Shown here: positions 37,294 through 50,000 of the stretch, in pieces
How positions within the stretch are numbered: position 1 is the first letter of the stretch
Layout of the letters: each line of letters starts with the position of its first letter
From: Tricharina praecox
Lineage: Eukaryota
Assembly (NCBI RefSeq): GCF_024521635.1
Contig: NW_026250403.1
Location: forward strand, 186,001 to 250,000
Length of the DNA: 64,000 nucleotides
Direction: 5' to 3'
Position numbers and translations under genes: made by a program
The notes under the pieces: model-generated
Seen by the model: the letters and a program-made list of their open reading frames with translations, nothing else
The model's database searches: none
Told to the model about the DNA's origin: nothing

Positions 37294-39713
37294 ATGGCCG
37301 CCGTCAACCCCTTTCGTGATATCAACATCACCGCCGCGCCCACGCACTACATCTTCAGATCTCCCTCGTCGCCAAATGCGCCAGCTCTCGTTGTCAACCG
37401 TCCCTCGGGGGACGTGAAGATGGTCGACTCTCCTATGATGGGGGGAAAGCGGGTCACCAGCATCGCCGGAATCTTGGGAATGATCCGACTGCGTCTCGGT
37501 TTGTGTTTCTAAGGGGGGCGTGGCAGGCCACAGTCGCTGATATCGTAAAAGACAAGTACATCATTATAATCACGAAAGCCAAGCTCATTGGCCGTATTCG
37601 AGGTCACACCGTCTACAAGATCGAGGCGACCGAGTTCTTGCCTATGCAGGAGCGTGCACTACACGTTTGTTTACCTCCAAGTTTCGGGATTCGGGTTCCG
37701 CAAGCTTACAGTGGTTTTGTTTTGACAGGACCCTGATGAGGACACCTACCTTGCACTGCTGCGTGCGCACCTCCGAACCGCACCAATGTACTTTTCGTAC
37801 TCGTTCGACTTGACGAATACTTTCCAGCGACAAGTTGTGGCCAACCGCTCTCTTCCGCTGTGGCAACAGGTGATTAAATTGATTTCCGCACGGCCCTGCC
37901 GCCGCGCGGCGTGAAACGGGAGCAGAGTGCGCTAATGCTAAGCTGGTCTGTGCAGACGGATGAGAGGTTTTTCTGGAATAGGTACATCCAGTCAGATTTG
38001 ATTGATCTGAGGAGTTCGCAACCAAATGTTGGTCCCCCCGCCAAACCCCGCCATTGCTAGGCGGACTTTGAGGAGGCTGTGTTGACCAAGGATACAGGTC
38101 GATCCTTACATTCTCCCCGTCATTTTCGGTTATCTTAAGATCTCAACTACTAAGATCAAGAATACCCCTCTTACCTTTGTGTTGATCACACGTAAATGTC
38201 GCCACCGCGCCGGAACCCGCTACCTCACTCGCGGAGTCGACGAGGCTGGCAATGCTGCAAATTTCAACGAGACGGAGCAGGTGGTGGTGATTGGTGATTC
38301 TTCCGGTGGCCTCGGGGGCTACGACCAGAGCACCATCGGCGGAAACCGTGGATCGGAAAGCGTGCAAGTTCTGAGTTACGTCCAGACCAGAGGAAGTGTG
38401 CCTGTTTATTGGGCCGAGGTGAACAACCTGTCGTACACACCGAAATTGCAGATTCGCGGCGTGGATACAGCTGCGAAAGCTGCGCGGGCACATTTCGACG
38501 AGCAAATTCGACTGTACGGGGACAACTACATGGTCAACCTTGTCAATCAGAAGGGCAGAGAGGAGCGAGTAAAGGCTGCCTACGAGCAGATCGTAAAGAT
38601 CCTTGTTTCGGCGCCTGTAGAGTCGAAGCAAGCCTCGGAGAATACGTTGGAGAGATTCAGGGAGATTGAGCCTACTACCAAAGAGCAGAAGATGGATCGC
38701 CTGCACTATATTTACTTCGACTTTCACCACGAGTGCCGAGGGCTGAGATGGGACAGAGCGTTGTTGCTTCTGGACAGACTGGGAAGTGGACTCGTCGAAC
38801 AAAAGTACTTTCACTCGGTTGACGGTGGTGCTACCAGCAATGTTCAATGCTATCAGCAGAGCGTGGTGCGGACGAACTGCATGGATTGTCTCGACAGGAC
38901 CAATGTCATCCAGAGCATGCTGGCCAGATATACCCTGAACCGGCAGTTGGTTGATATCGGCGTTTTGGCGCCTGGAGAAACCGCGGAAGCGTATACCAAT
39001 TTCGAATTCATGTTCAGAAACGGTACGTATCACTCGAACCGAGTGAATTTGAATACGGTAACTGACTATTCCTCTCAGCATGGGCCGACAATGCCGACGT
39101 CGTCAGTCGCGCCTACTCCGGCACAGGAGCTCTGAAAACCGACTTCACGCGTACCGGCAAGCGTACCAAAGCTGGAGCACTCGCCGATCTCTCCAATTCG
39201 ATAACCCGTTACTTCCGTAACAACTTCGCTGACGGACCGCGGCAAGATGCCTACGACCTCTTCCTGGGCAACTACCTCCCTTCAACTAATAATATCTCCT
39301 CAACACTCCTCTTCGTCGACCGTCGTCCGATCGTGGTCCAAAGCATTCCTTACATCCTCTATGCGGCGCTATTTATGGAATTCGCAGCGTTCGTTCTTCC
39401 TCGCCAGGGCGAGGGCACCGGTGGCCAGATCACCATGCGCGTATTCGCACTATTCTGGCTCGCGGTTGCCGTCTGGGCCGTCATGTTCTTGAAGGAGTAC
39501 GGAATGCTCTACGTCAGTTGGCCAAAACTGAATGTCCCCGCGCATGCGTCGGAGAGCTATAACGAGGCGCTCAACCGTGCGAAGAAAGACGTGATCGTTG
39601 GGAAGTGGATAGGATACACTTCCGCGGCCGGTCACCACAGCAGGGGGGAGAGCCTCGGCGGTGGAAACATCAGGCTGATGCATCTGGAGGAGGGAAAGAA
39701 GAGGATCGAGTAG
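37294..39713 (+). CDS. SAC1: Phosphoinositide phosphatase Sac1, 6 exons
   Basis: Motifs RAGTRYLTRG, ANFNETEQ, QTRGSVPVYW, FDFHHEC, catalytic RTNCMDCLDRTN and ALKTDFTRTGKR, plus two C-terminal TM helices. Confidence 0.96.
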
Positions 39714-41216
39714 ACATGGGGTGGCGTGGGATGGGCGTTCGAAGGATTTGTTGGGCTGTTCAGACCAACTGCTTGCGGTCATTTTCTTCTTTGATACTGG
39801 ATTGGATATTGGTTTAATTGGCGACCGACAAATGCTAGTGTTTTTTTCTTCCTTCCTTCTCTTTTTATTTTTCTACCTGCGAGCTACATAGATTTTTTGT
39901 TGCCTGTCTGTTCCTTCCTTCCTTTCCTTTGCTTTCGCGTCGACTATGTACCCTACACGTACACCTTACTCTTTACTAGTCTCTATATCCGAATACAAAG
40001 CATTCACTTAATGGATTCGCTGCTATCTGTAGCCACTCTCTAGTGTGCGTGTGTTGGTAGTCATTGATTCTCGACGAGGAGAAAATGGTTTCTATTTGAA
40101 TATCCACCCAAGAAACGTCTGAGACTGGCTGTCGGATGTGTCCTCGTCTCCGTGGAGGTGTATTCGCCGTAGATGGGGCGTTGAGCTGGCTACCTAGACA
40201 CGAGACGGGAGAGGGGACCGTGGAGAGCAAAAGACCCGAGTAATCTTGAAAATATCTACATCCCACGACCCGCGCATTCAGAGGATAGTTACTGTCTCCT
40301 GGCGGAGCACAGTGAATAGCTCGCAGCACGACGGTGATTGCCGTGTTGTATGTAGCAGAAGTAGAGCGCAGAACATTTAGGGGATGTAAATCTTCAAACA
40401 GCGCGGGCGTGAGACGGCGTGGGCGTAGGCGTGGGCGTGGGAAGGGAATGAGTGGGGGGATGAGCAACCCGCACCCGCAAGATGAGTAAAAGATGAGTAC
40501 ATTGAACGAGCACTCCCGCACTATAGTGCGTACACCTGCGCCGACCAGGCTCCACCGTCCACATCGACATCCACATCCACATCCATATAAAGCCGCTTCG
40601 CTTCCTCGAGCGCTGTCGTTGAAGGACGACCCTCCCTCCCTTCCTCCACCGTGTGCGGTCCCAGTGATATAGAGTAGTTACGGGTCTGCTACCTAGTAGA
40701 GTGAAGAGTGCGAAATAAGCACTCATCACGTTCACTCATCGCCATCACCAGAGCACCGACGAGCGCCACGGGAACGGCGGCGGGGGTGAGTGAGACAGAG
40801 GGAAAAGCAACGTTGCGGACCGATGACTTTGCGGTGACTTTGTGTTGCAGGCCGCTCCGCCCTGTGCTGTGCAACTGTCACACAAATGTGTGAGTGTGAT
40901 ACAAGCCCGGCTCGCGGATGTAGAGTAGGTATCACAGCATAGTGAGAACTTGGGAAGCGCAGCCTCGCGCTGACTATAGTACATCCTACATCCCCCACAC
41001 GTATGTTAGCTCCTACACTGCTATGTATCTAAGCGCCAGGCGCGTTTGCATGCATGCCATGTGCACAGAGGAGCGATTTATTACGACTCTGGGCGTAAGG
41101 CAGGTGAGTGATGGTCCATGATTACATCACCTGGGTATACTACGGTTCTGCAGGCAAGCTTTGCACGGAATTAATAAAACGGCTGACTTATGGTTTTATA
41201 TCTATCTTCCGGCATC

Positions 41217-42242
41217 TTAGGTATCTACTACTAGACCACTGATGCCTGTGGAAGGAAAAAGCAACGCAGGCATCCGCACACAAACCAGAGCGACGCAAAA
41301 CATGAATTCGATAACGAAATAAAAGCAACAGTAAACAGATAATGAGAACATTAGACCACACATTTCCTCCCCTCCCCCACATGTCGTAGGAGTTACATAG
41401 CTGCTATGGAAATGGTTTGTGGGGTGAAATCTAGTCGGTAGAACCCGTAGATCGTAGTTTAATGGCGGCCGGCCCTTTGGTGGAGCATGCCCAGCACTGC
41501 TTGCATACCACCCTGTCTTCCGGTTAGCGAATGGTGAATATGGAATATGGAATACAGGAGAACCTACCCTTGCAATCGCTCTCTGCAGCCACATTCCTTC
41601 ACCATGCTGCTCACGACGAACAAACGGCGGTCTAAGGTATTGGCTCAGGGCGTTATAGCAGGCAACAAGCCAGCCCTGTGTGTCCGCCGACAGATCCATC
41701 AGATACTGGTCACGTGCACACAGGTCGCGGAAGACGTATCCCTCCAGGAGGCTCGCGATGTAGCCGTCGGTGTCGTGGCTGTAGCGTTGCTGGGCAGACC
41801 AGAGATGTATGACCACGGTGGAAGCAAAGGACATGCGGTCGTCGTGGTTGCGGAAGCCGTTGAAGCTGACCATGGTGACGAGGAACTCGGCCACTTGCTG
41901 GGCGACTCGAGCTTTGTTGTGCAGACTGTCGATGTACGCTTCGACCCGTGGGACCACGGCAGGATCGCAGAGCATATTGATTAGGTCCTGTGGTTGCGAG
42001 GCGTGGACGTGTTGCGTTTGACGACGGCCGTAGCCATCACGCCGGAAGAATGACGGCGGAGACCAGATTCTCATGAGAAGGTCGGCGTGCGGGATTTGGG
42101 CAAGTTTGCCGCGGAGTTGACTGACCTGTAGGTCTCTGGAGGTGGTTGAGAGAGTTCGGTTGGTCGAAGACACATGGTCGAGATTGTCGAGGAAGGAAAG
42201 GATGTTTAGGAGGAGCTCGGTGGGAAGATCGTTGAGGGACAT
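41217..42242 (-). CDS. F-box domain protein with an unrecognised C-terminal region
   Basis: N-terminal MSLNDLPTELLLNILSFLD...VSSTNRTL F-box motif in a long open frame. The 3' end is uncertain. Confidence 0.7.
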   Translation of the reverse strand: MSLNDLPTELLLNILSFLDNLDHVSSTNRTLSTTSRDLQVSQLRGKLAQIPHADLLMRIWSPPSFFRRDGYGRRQTQHVHASQPQDLINMLCDPAVVPRVEAYIDSLHNKARVAQQVAEFLVTMVSFNGFRNHDDRMSFASTVVIHLWSAQQRYSHDTDGYIASLLEGYVFRDLCARDQYLMDLSADTQGWLVACYNALSQYLRPPFVRREQHGEGMWLQRAIARVGSPVFHIPYSPFANRKTGWYASSAGHAPPKGRPPLNYDLRVLPTRFHPTNHFHSSYVTPTTCGGGEEMCGLMFSLSVYCCFYFVIEFMFCVALVCVRMPALLFPSTGISGLVVDT

Positions 42243-43466
42243 GGCTGGTGAAGATAAGGTGCGTTTTGCTATGATGCCTCCAGGGTGTTTTTTTACCGAG
42301 GGGTATGGCTCGGTGATGTTGGTCTCGAATTGTCTGATAGACTGGAGCTTGAAGATGTAGCACGAATGAATAGATTGCTGATGTTCGAAGCGACAATCCG
42401 GAGTCGGCTCCAAGACTTATATACGCCCGGAAGACTGAGTCTTCTCCGCAGTGGATCTCCATGAGTATCAGTGATGCCAGAGGAGTACACCACCAGGCCG
42501 TGAGTCCAAGCAGTCCGATTGGCGGCGCAGCGTGTAATGAGAGCAGTATGACTACTCCCTCCTCCTCAGTACGAGTCGGACTAGCTAGATTGATCTCAGG
42601 CCTCTATTTCGGAAAAACGATAACCCCCCACAGGGTTTCGGTGCGGGATCGAGACACTAGGGAACGATGCATGTAGGAGAGACCGCGAAAGAACCGAGTC
42701 TTGTCAAAGCCCGGTTTTTGGGATCTAGGCTTGTCCACCGACTGGCCCTCGTCGTCCTCGTCCACCACTCGACCCCTGTGTTACCCGTGCCCTGCGGAGG
42801 CAGCATACAGCTGGAACACTGGACGTCGAAGTGACCAATGACATCGCATTCAGCAGATTTCACTCTCGCTGATCTGATTTAGTCATGGGGAACATCAGAA
42901 CAAGCCCATATGCAGGTCCGACTAACCATAGGTGCAACAAGCGAGTAGCTATGACTAAAACTGCCATCGTGAACTCGTCTGGGGCTTCGAGTGTGGCTGA
43001 ACGAACGGTCACTGGGGTGGCTGCAGGAGATAGGTTCATCTGTGTAGGTGTGCGTGTGTGTGTGTGCAGTGCAGGAGTACAGGCTGAGTGCGCTCTTCCA
43101 GACAGTGTGCGCGGTTGTGGTGTTCAGCGCACCAATCCCACGGGGGCGGAGGGATCGGGCTATTGGGAGCACACCAATCGTCCGGGGACCTGAGGTTCTC
43201 GGCAGCTGGATGGAATATACCGCGATGGCTACGAGCCAGACGTACGTGAGCGCCAATCCCGAAGTGCGTAAGGCTGCGCTGTCACGTCGAGGAGATATGA
43301 CGGGGAGTGTTCAGACGACAGCATCCGACTAGAGGGCAGGCAAGAGATCTGCCTTCTGTTTCGTCATGATGTCTGGACACGAGTTGGGACACGCAATGGA
43401 AATGGACCGAAAATGCTCAGAGAGCTCGAGTGAGCATTGCCATGTTTCAGACGAGCTTACACCGCC

Positions 43467-43730
43467 TCATCCGTCATCTGGGTCAGAGACTGGCTTCCGC
43501 GCCGATGATTGGACGTAGCAGGAACAGAAGTGTGTAACCATAGCCAGCCGTGTGGGAGCCAGGGGCCATAAGCGCAGACGGACTTGACTCAAGGGCATGA
43601 ACTGTGGCTTGATCGGAGCAGAGGTCGTGGGTGACGGTGGCTGGTGGGGGGTTTTCTGGTGACGGTCTCCAAGAGCATTGAAGTAGATATTGGGGAGTTC
43701 ATCAGGAAGGTTGAATAAGGTGTGACAGGA
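43467..43730 (-). pseudogene. Degenerate F-box gene remnant
   Basis: LFNLPDELPNIYF...PLSQVRLRLWPLA resembles an F-box, but there is no in-frame ATG and an early stop. Confidence 0.35.
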
Positions 43731-43988
43731 AGGCGGTGTGGGACACGGAAGATGCCCAAGGTCTTTGTGTCTCGTGCCACAAGGCGAGTCGAGGAGCTGC
43801 TTGGATTCCACGCTAGTGGCGCTTTACTCCATTGGGCCGAGCCCTGCTTTTTCGCTCCAACCTCACCTCACCTCACCTCACTCACCCACCTCACCTCACT
43901 CAACCCACCGCAGTGCACTGCTGGATCTCGCTACCACTACCCCACCATCCCACCACGCTCCCCCACCCCCGCCCCCGCCCGCTCAGTC

Positions 43989-44506
43989 ATGCTCTTCGCC
44001 CCGAGTGTCTTGCGCAGCCGCCTCTCTCGGCTCGCGTTTGCGTCCGTCTTGGCTCCCTTCGCGTCGCCGTCGGCCGCCATGGCCCGCTCCTTCACCTCGA
44101 TCCCGAACACCTTGAGCTCGCGGCTTCGCATCACACCGACACTAGGCGTCCCAGCCCTACTCCACCAGCAGACGCAACTGCGCGGCATGAAGGTGCGGTC
44201 TTCGGTCAAGAAGCTCTGTGACGGATGCATGGTAAGTCGATCCAAAACCACCACTTTTTCGGTGTCACGGCACATGCCGTCTCCCCCTCCCCGCACACAG
44301 AGCTACCGTCCTAGCCTTCGTTACACCTGCTCTTGTGTCATCGTCGTCGCTTTTGCTTTTCCCAACTTCTAGCGGCTATTCCCTCTGGTTGCACGCTGGA
44401 AGAAAGCCTGACTGACGAATCTGCCTTGCAACAGTCTGTCCGCAGAAAGAACCGGGTCTACATTATCTGCTCAAAGAACCAGAAGCATAAGCAACGACAG
44501 GGTTGA
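43989..44506 (+). CDS. RTC6: Mitochondrial ribosomal protein bL36m (Rtc6), 2 exons
   Basis: A presequence is followed by RGMKVRSSVKKLCDGCM, an intron at 44232-44434, then SVRRKNRVYIICSKNQKHKQRQG*. Confidence 0.95.
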
Positions 44507-46139
44507 AATTTGCGGTTGAAAAGATGGCGGCCCTACGATTTTGTACGCTACGGTCTTGATCGCTTGGCGGCGTGCGGGACGGAATATGCTGTTGCTGTAC
44601 CTACTTACGTAGTACAATAGAAGGCAGGCGTGCACGCTCCCAAGAATCGGCTGTGAGGTGTGATTGTGTGTTCCGGCCAAGAGCTGTGGTGCACCTCAGC
44701 CTTAGGGATACAAAATTGCTTCCAGGCACGAAAGCGTTTGGGAATGCGTACTAGCGCAAGAGACCAGACGAAATGGAAGCCCCAATTGCCACTCTCTTGG
44801 ATTGAAACCCGAATCCAGTCCCGCATTCTGCTGTGGCGTCCCCCGCGCTTAAGTGGGCGCTTCTCAGCATCCGCTCCACAAACCCGATAATAAGATGGCA
44901 CGCTTTCCCGTGTTCCCAAGGCTACGAGTACATGAGATGGTCAATGTTCTAGAACTGTCAGACTATTCGCTAGGCCACTACCCTTTACTTTGTTTTTCGT
45001 CCTGGTTTTGATATGACGAGGCAATATTATCCCATAGCCCGGTAGCGAGAGTCCGCTCTATACAAACGAACTTTGGAAACCCGGGGCTCGGAACAGCAAC
45101 CCGCGGTTTCGAATCCTCACCAAAAAACCCAGGAAACAGCCATCCGCCGGGGTCAACATTTGATTAGCACATCTCATTATCGACGCAGCACCTGCACAAT
45201 GGCATTCCTATCTCATCGTGAAGACCTGTGGCCTGCTGCCTATTCTCAGGGTGTGTCTAGATGGCTGATGGTCGATGGATGACTCGACACCGTCAAGACG
45301 GATTGCTTCTCCGTCGTCCATCACTGATCTCGGCCTGCGACTTATCACGCGGAAAGAAAGGGGAGCACTAGATACGGGTTCTGAAAAGGACGGCATTTTC
45401 AGCATAGCGTTTTCTACTCAAGACACACCTGTTTTTCGTGAGAGCGGGGGATGACTCCTTCCCGTGGAACGATAAGCCAGAATGTAACCCGTTTTCTTCC
45501 GTTGGGCACTTGCAGTAAAGGAGGATGTTTGTAGAGGCTTCCAAGGCCCCCTAGAGGCAACGGCAATTGCATGTCAGGAGTCATCAATCGCAGAGAGATC
45601 CAGAGAATCTTACTGATCTCTATGCGTTCAGTGCCCGCAAGACCGTAATGAATCATAACCGTGTGGCCAGCCATGGCAATCTATATCCCTTGATAATAAT
45701 ACCATACCTCTGTTCCATACCAGTACCTTTCCTCCGTTCGTTCACCTTTCTCTTTCCCGGAGAGGATGAGTCCTTCTTGTCCGATCAGTAATTGCTATCA
45801 CTGGGAGATAGCCATCAGAGCATGTATCTAGCTGCTGAGCCGCGAAGAATCGTGATAACAGCAGTAGTAGATTTTATATCCTTCTCGGCCATATATAGAC
45901 ATCTATGAGCGAAGTTAAATAGGGCTAGTGACAAACAAAGTGCGGGGATTTGTTCTTTGGCTGTCGGACGGAAGAGTTGGTACATGAGTAGGAATTTGGT
46001 TCGGCTGGGTGCACGTGATCGTAGAATTAGAAACTCACAGAACAGAGTATACGATGAGGATTTTGATTTTGTTTGATCATTGGTTGCATGCAACCTACTT
46101 GGCTAGATCATGGCAATATAGTACTCGAGTAGACGAAGA

Positions 46140-47009
46140 GGAGTAAATGGTCATCTCAAGGCTTCCCGTGTGGTCGAGTGAGGTTTGATGCCCGCACTTG
46201 ATTAAGTAATGGTGTGGCTGGTGTATATACCTACGCCAATCACTCGTAAACTCCTTCAAGAACTTCAATATCCTTCTTCCCTTTCCTCCCTCCTCACACC
46301 TCTATTTATCATATTCATAACTTCCTCACGATTCGTATGTAAATAAGCTCCTTACATGTTATCGGTCAGCGTTATAACTATGTCTATTTTTTAATTATGT
46401 ATCTGAAGACTTTGTCGGGACTCTGGCCTAGTAGTCTTACAACAGCTCAGTTCCGTTGAATTTTTATAACTACACTTTGGTACCATATGTTTCCGAGATA
46501 AAATTTTGACTTTCCAGCTGGTACGGAGCTTCAAGGTAGAAATGTAGCCCCCGGGCAGGTCCACCCATCATCATCCTCCGGCAGCCCAAAAGGATCATAT
46601 TGGTTCCGTGACGTTCAAGTGATCCAATAGGTGATGGCTAAACAATTGTAGAAGAGCTAAATACCTAAAAAAATGGTCAGGACAGTCTTTGGGAATCCTG
46701 CTCGGCTAAGGCCGGAGATCGGAAGTGCATGGAGCAGTTGCGGGCTGCGAATGACAGCCAATGATGCCTCCACCATGTCAATGCTCTCATTATGCTGGTT
46801 AAGGACCAGACACTTTCAACCCCATAGACTTAATGGCCGTGTATGTACTGAAAAGATTGGAACCTTTTTTCACTGCCAGACGTCTGCAGTCCGACACCGT
46901 CCAGCGAAACGGTGGACGGGACGGACTACTTTTATCCCGTCCTCCAAAGGAACGGATGAGACTGGACTGATCCCGTCCAGTCCGTCCGGACTAGGTATGT
47001 AGAACACTG
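46140..47009 (-). mobile_element. Probable degenerate hAT-like DNA transposon remnant (one end visible)
   Basis: The minus-strand terminus CAGTGTTCTAC at 47009 is followed by clustered CCCGTCC/GGACGG subterminal repeats in both orientations. Broken frames give IFLGI, LAITYWIT and VITLTDNM, reminiscent of hAT transposase motifs. Confidence 0.4.
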
Positions 47010-50000
47010 GGTGTAGCCAACGGTATTCACCTTAGATATACGACGAGATAGGTATCTGCAACGACAACTTCGGTTCGTCTCGAACAGATATGTACAAGCA
47101 TTTGTGAAACTGTTTGGATATGCAGTCCAGGCAGTCGGTAATCAGCACGGTACATAGATATGTCCAACGAACGCCCGTTCTCGATCTATCATCTCAGAGG
47201 GCTAATATTCGTACATACATGATAGTCCCCCTATAGTAGGCCCTTCTTTGGGTATGATACCTATGGTTCTGGCAAGTCACAACTCGCGATCGCTGTTAAA
47301 CACCCCGAAGTTCCAACGAATACCGCCCTTCCACCCAACGGGTGATGCACTGATGCTTTCAGGAGGTGCTTTCTCGGCACCATCGAAATCATCAGCCCCA
47401 CCCGGTCAGAATCCCCACAAAAGTTAAAACGGAGTTCTGAGTTCCGTCTTTACGCGGATCTCCCTGAAAGCTGAATCCTCGTTTGAATACCTAGTTACGG
47501 GGCATACGAATATATCCGTCCACTCATCCGAAACTTCACTTCGCCCCCAACCCCGGCGATTCCACGCCCGTCCCGATACGGTATCCGAAGTGCGGTTGGA
47601 AATATCGGGCCGTTTAAACTTTAGGCTGGTCGAGAAAAAAGAAGCCGGGCCCATTTTTCCCATCAATTTTTTCTTTTTTGCTGTTTCATAGTCCTTTGAG
47701 TTGTGGATCCGGCTTTGAACGTGGTAAATATGTACATAGCTCCCAGTTTTCCACTTTTCCAACCGGCCGGCTGTTGGGAACTTTGAGATCCCGGAGCGGA
47801 GCGAGTGATCTCGCGTGAAGAACCATACCTCTCCACCAAAAAAAACTGGGTAGGTGGCTGCTTGAGGTACCGCGTTTCATAGAGCTTATATCTAGGCGCC
47901 ATGGAGGCTGGAGATTGAACTATTATATACCTAGTCTGTTAAACCAAAGAATACCAGAGAACGGGGGCGGATTTCACATCGTCACTCCAATCACGAGTGT
48001 TGTATTATGATAGCGTATGGGACGGGCATCCAAGGTAGGTACCGACCGTTCTCCGTGCCGCACGGGTATCTATCTATCCGTGTCCGGCTCACGCACATGC
48101 ACCTAGGGAGAGTATGTACGCCAATCACCGCCTCGGAAAGGATCACGACCACCCTCCACCTCGCCACCTGCCCGCCTGCGTCTACATACGGGTTCCCACC
48201 GGCCAGCCGTGATCACTCGACCACCCCACTGCTGGGTCTCGTACCGGGCGCATCAACGTTGTGTGTCCAGACTCCACCCCCCCGCATGCAATCTCAATGC
48301 AGTCTCCCATCCCATCCCATCCCATCCCATCCCATCCTAATCTCTGGAACTCGTTCTCTTTCCGACTCCACACCGGGAAGGCGCGTATTGTGGAGCAACA
48401 ACGGGTCGGACTTCTCGCCGGCGGTCGATGTCAACCCCAACGGCCTAACGGCCCAACGGCCTAACGGGGGCAACGGGGGCAATCATGGTGCACCGTCACT
48501 GTCACATGCGGGAGTTTAAGCTGAAGGTTCGTATGCTTAATTGACTACCTATTTCGCCATCTGGGTATGCACTATACAGATCGCCTGGAAACAGAAAGAC
48601 AGGATGACAATATCTCCCACCCCAACAAAGCTTGCTCGGTGTTGTGTAGAGTATGGGCAACCTAGGTAGCTGGTATGATATTCGCATTACCCGTGAACTA
48701 GCCCGAGGGAGGAGGAGTCGACACCTAGATGTGTATGTAGCAGCAACTGCCGGACCTCGGGGTGGGGCGGGCCCAGCGGGCCGGGGTAACCTGGCACGGC
48801 AGGAGTGTATAGTAGCCGGTGTGGGTTTCTAGTTCTGTCCCAGGAAGATGGGATGGGATTTTACGTGCAGCCCAGCGGCCAGCTTCCAGGAATATCGGAA
48901 TCTTGCCTTGGCTTCGGGATGGCCTGAGTGCGTATGTAAAGTAAAGGGTCCTGTCTATCGTTCGATGTTTACTTATACACCCATGCCTCGTCAGCGAACG
49001 AAAACGACATCTAACACGAAGATCATAGAGTACCTAGGTAGGTGAAGTCTCCTTGACGATGCAGGAATCGAACGTACTGGCACACACACAGCTTAGGTAA
49101 TAACATAGAGACAGCAGGCCGCCGGCGGCTGGGGCCCGGACCGTGCCGTGCCCCTTGCCATCAGTACATATCCACAGCAAAGCCAACATCCGGCTAGTTA
49201 ACTCCCCGTCCTCGAACGTAGAGTGAAGCTGCGAGCTATGGACCGAAACGTGCCTGCAACCCGAGTACATACGAAGGGGAGAAGCGAGCGGCGGGACGAA
49301 GTGCCTAGATGGATGGATAGCGGGTTCTGTCTGTCTCTCCATTTCTCGTCCGGACACACGGCCGAGACATTTGTCGGTAGCTTGATCATTGTGCCTATGG
49401 AGTACATACGCGGGCTGCGGGCATGGTGCGGGGGAGGACAGATACTCTGCAGCGTGCGTACCCTACTCACTAGTAGCTCTCGCATCGCTGCCGTCCGTCC
49501 ATCCATGAGACCGAAATGATTCACTTGTACCCGGGTTTTGGTATGCTGCGAGAGTAGGTTTGGCTTGGGGTTGGGGCTTGTTGGTGATCGGGGGCGGACG
49601 GGCGGACGGGCGGGCGGGACGGGGCGGGACGGCGGACCCCGAGGAAGGCAAAGATAACGGCTTCGCTTCTGAGGAGGGAACGGAGGTTCCCTCGACGAGC
49701 TGGAGGGCAAAGGAATGCGACAGAGAGAGGGAGAGGGAGAGAGGGAGAGAAAGAAAAAGAGAGAGCGACTGTAGATTTCGCCCTACGGGATGGTGATGGA
49801 TTCGAACGGCAGCTTTCGAAGCGAAATGACTGGTCGAGTAGCAGCCAGAAAAGTCCATGCGTGGGGCTGGTTTCCACGCTGTTGCCCGCGGCTGGCTCGC
49901 TCAAGTAATTGACAATCCACTACTGGTATGTAGCCACTGGAAATTCCGCACCGGTGATTCGTCGACAATTGCAATATCTACACACACCTCGGATGGGAGG

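Noticed and set aside
38143-39081. Long antisense ORFs (also 3713-4330, 7360-8076, 13076-13693, 16954-17634)
   Set aside because: These are shadows of GC3-biased real genes on the opposite strand.
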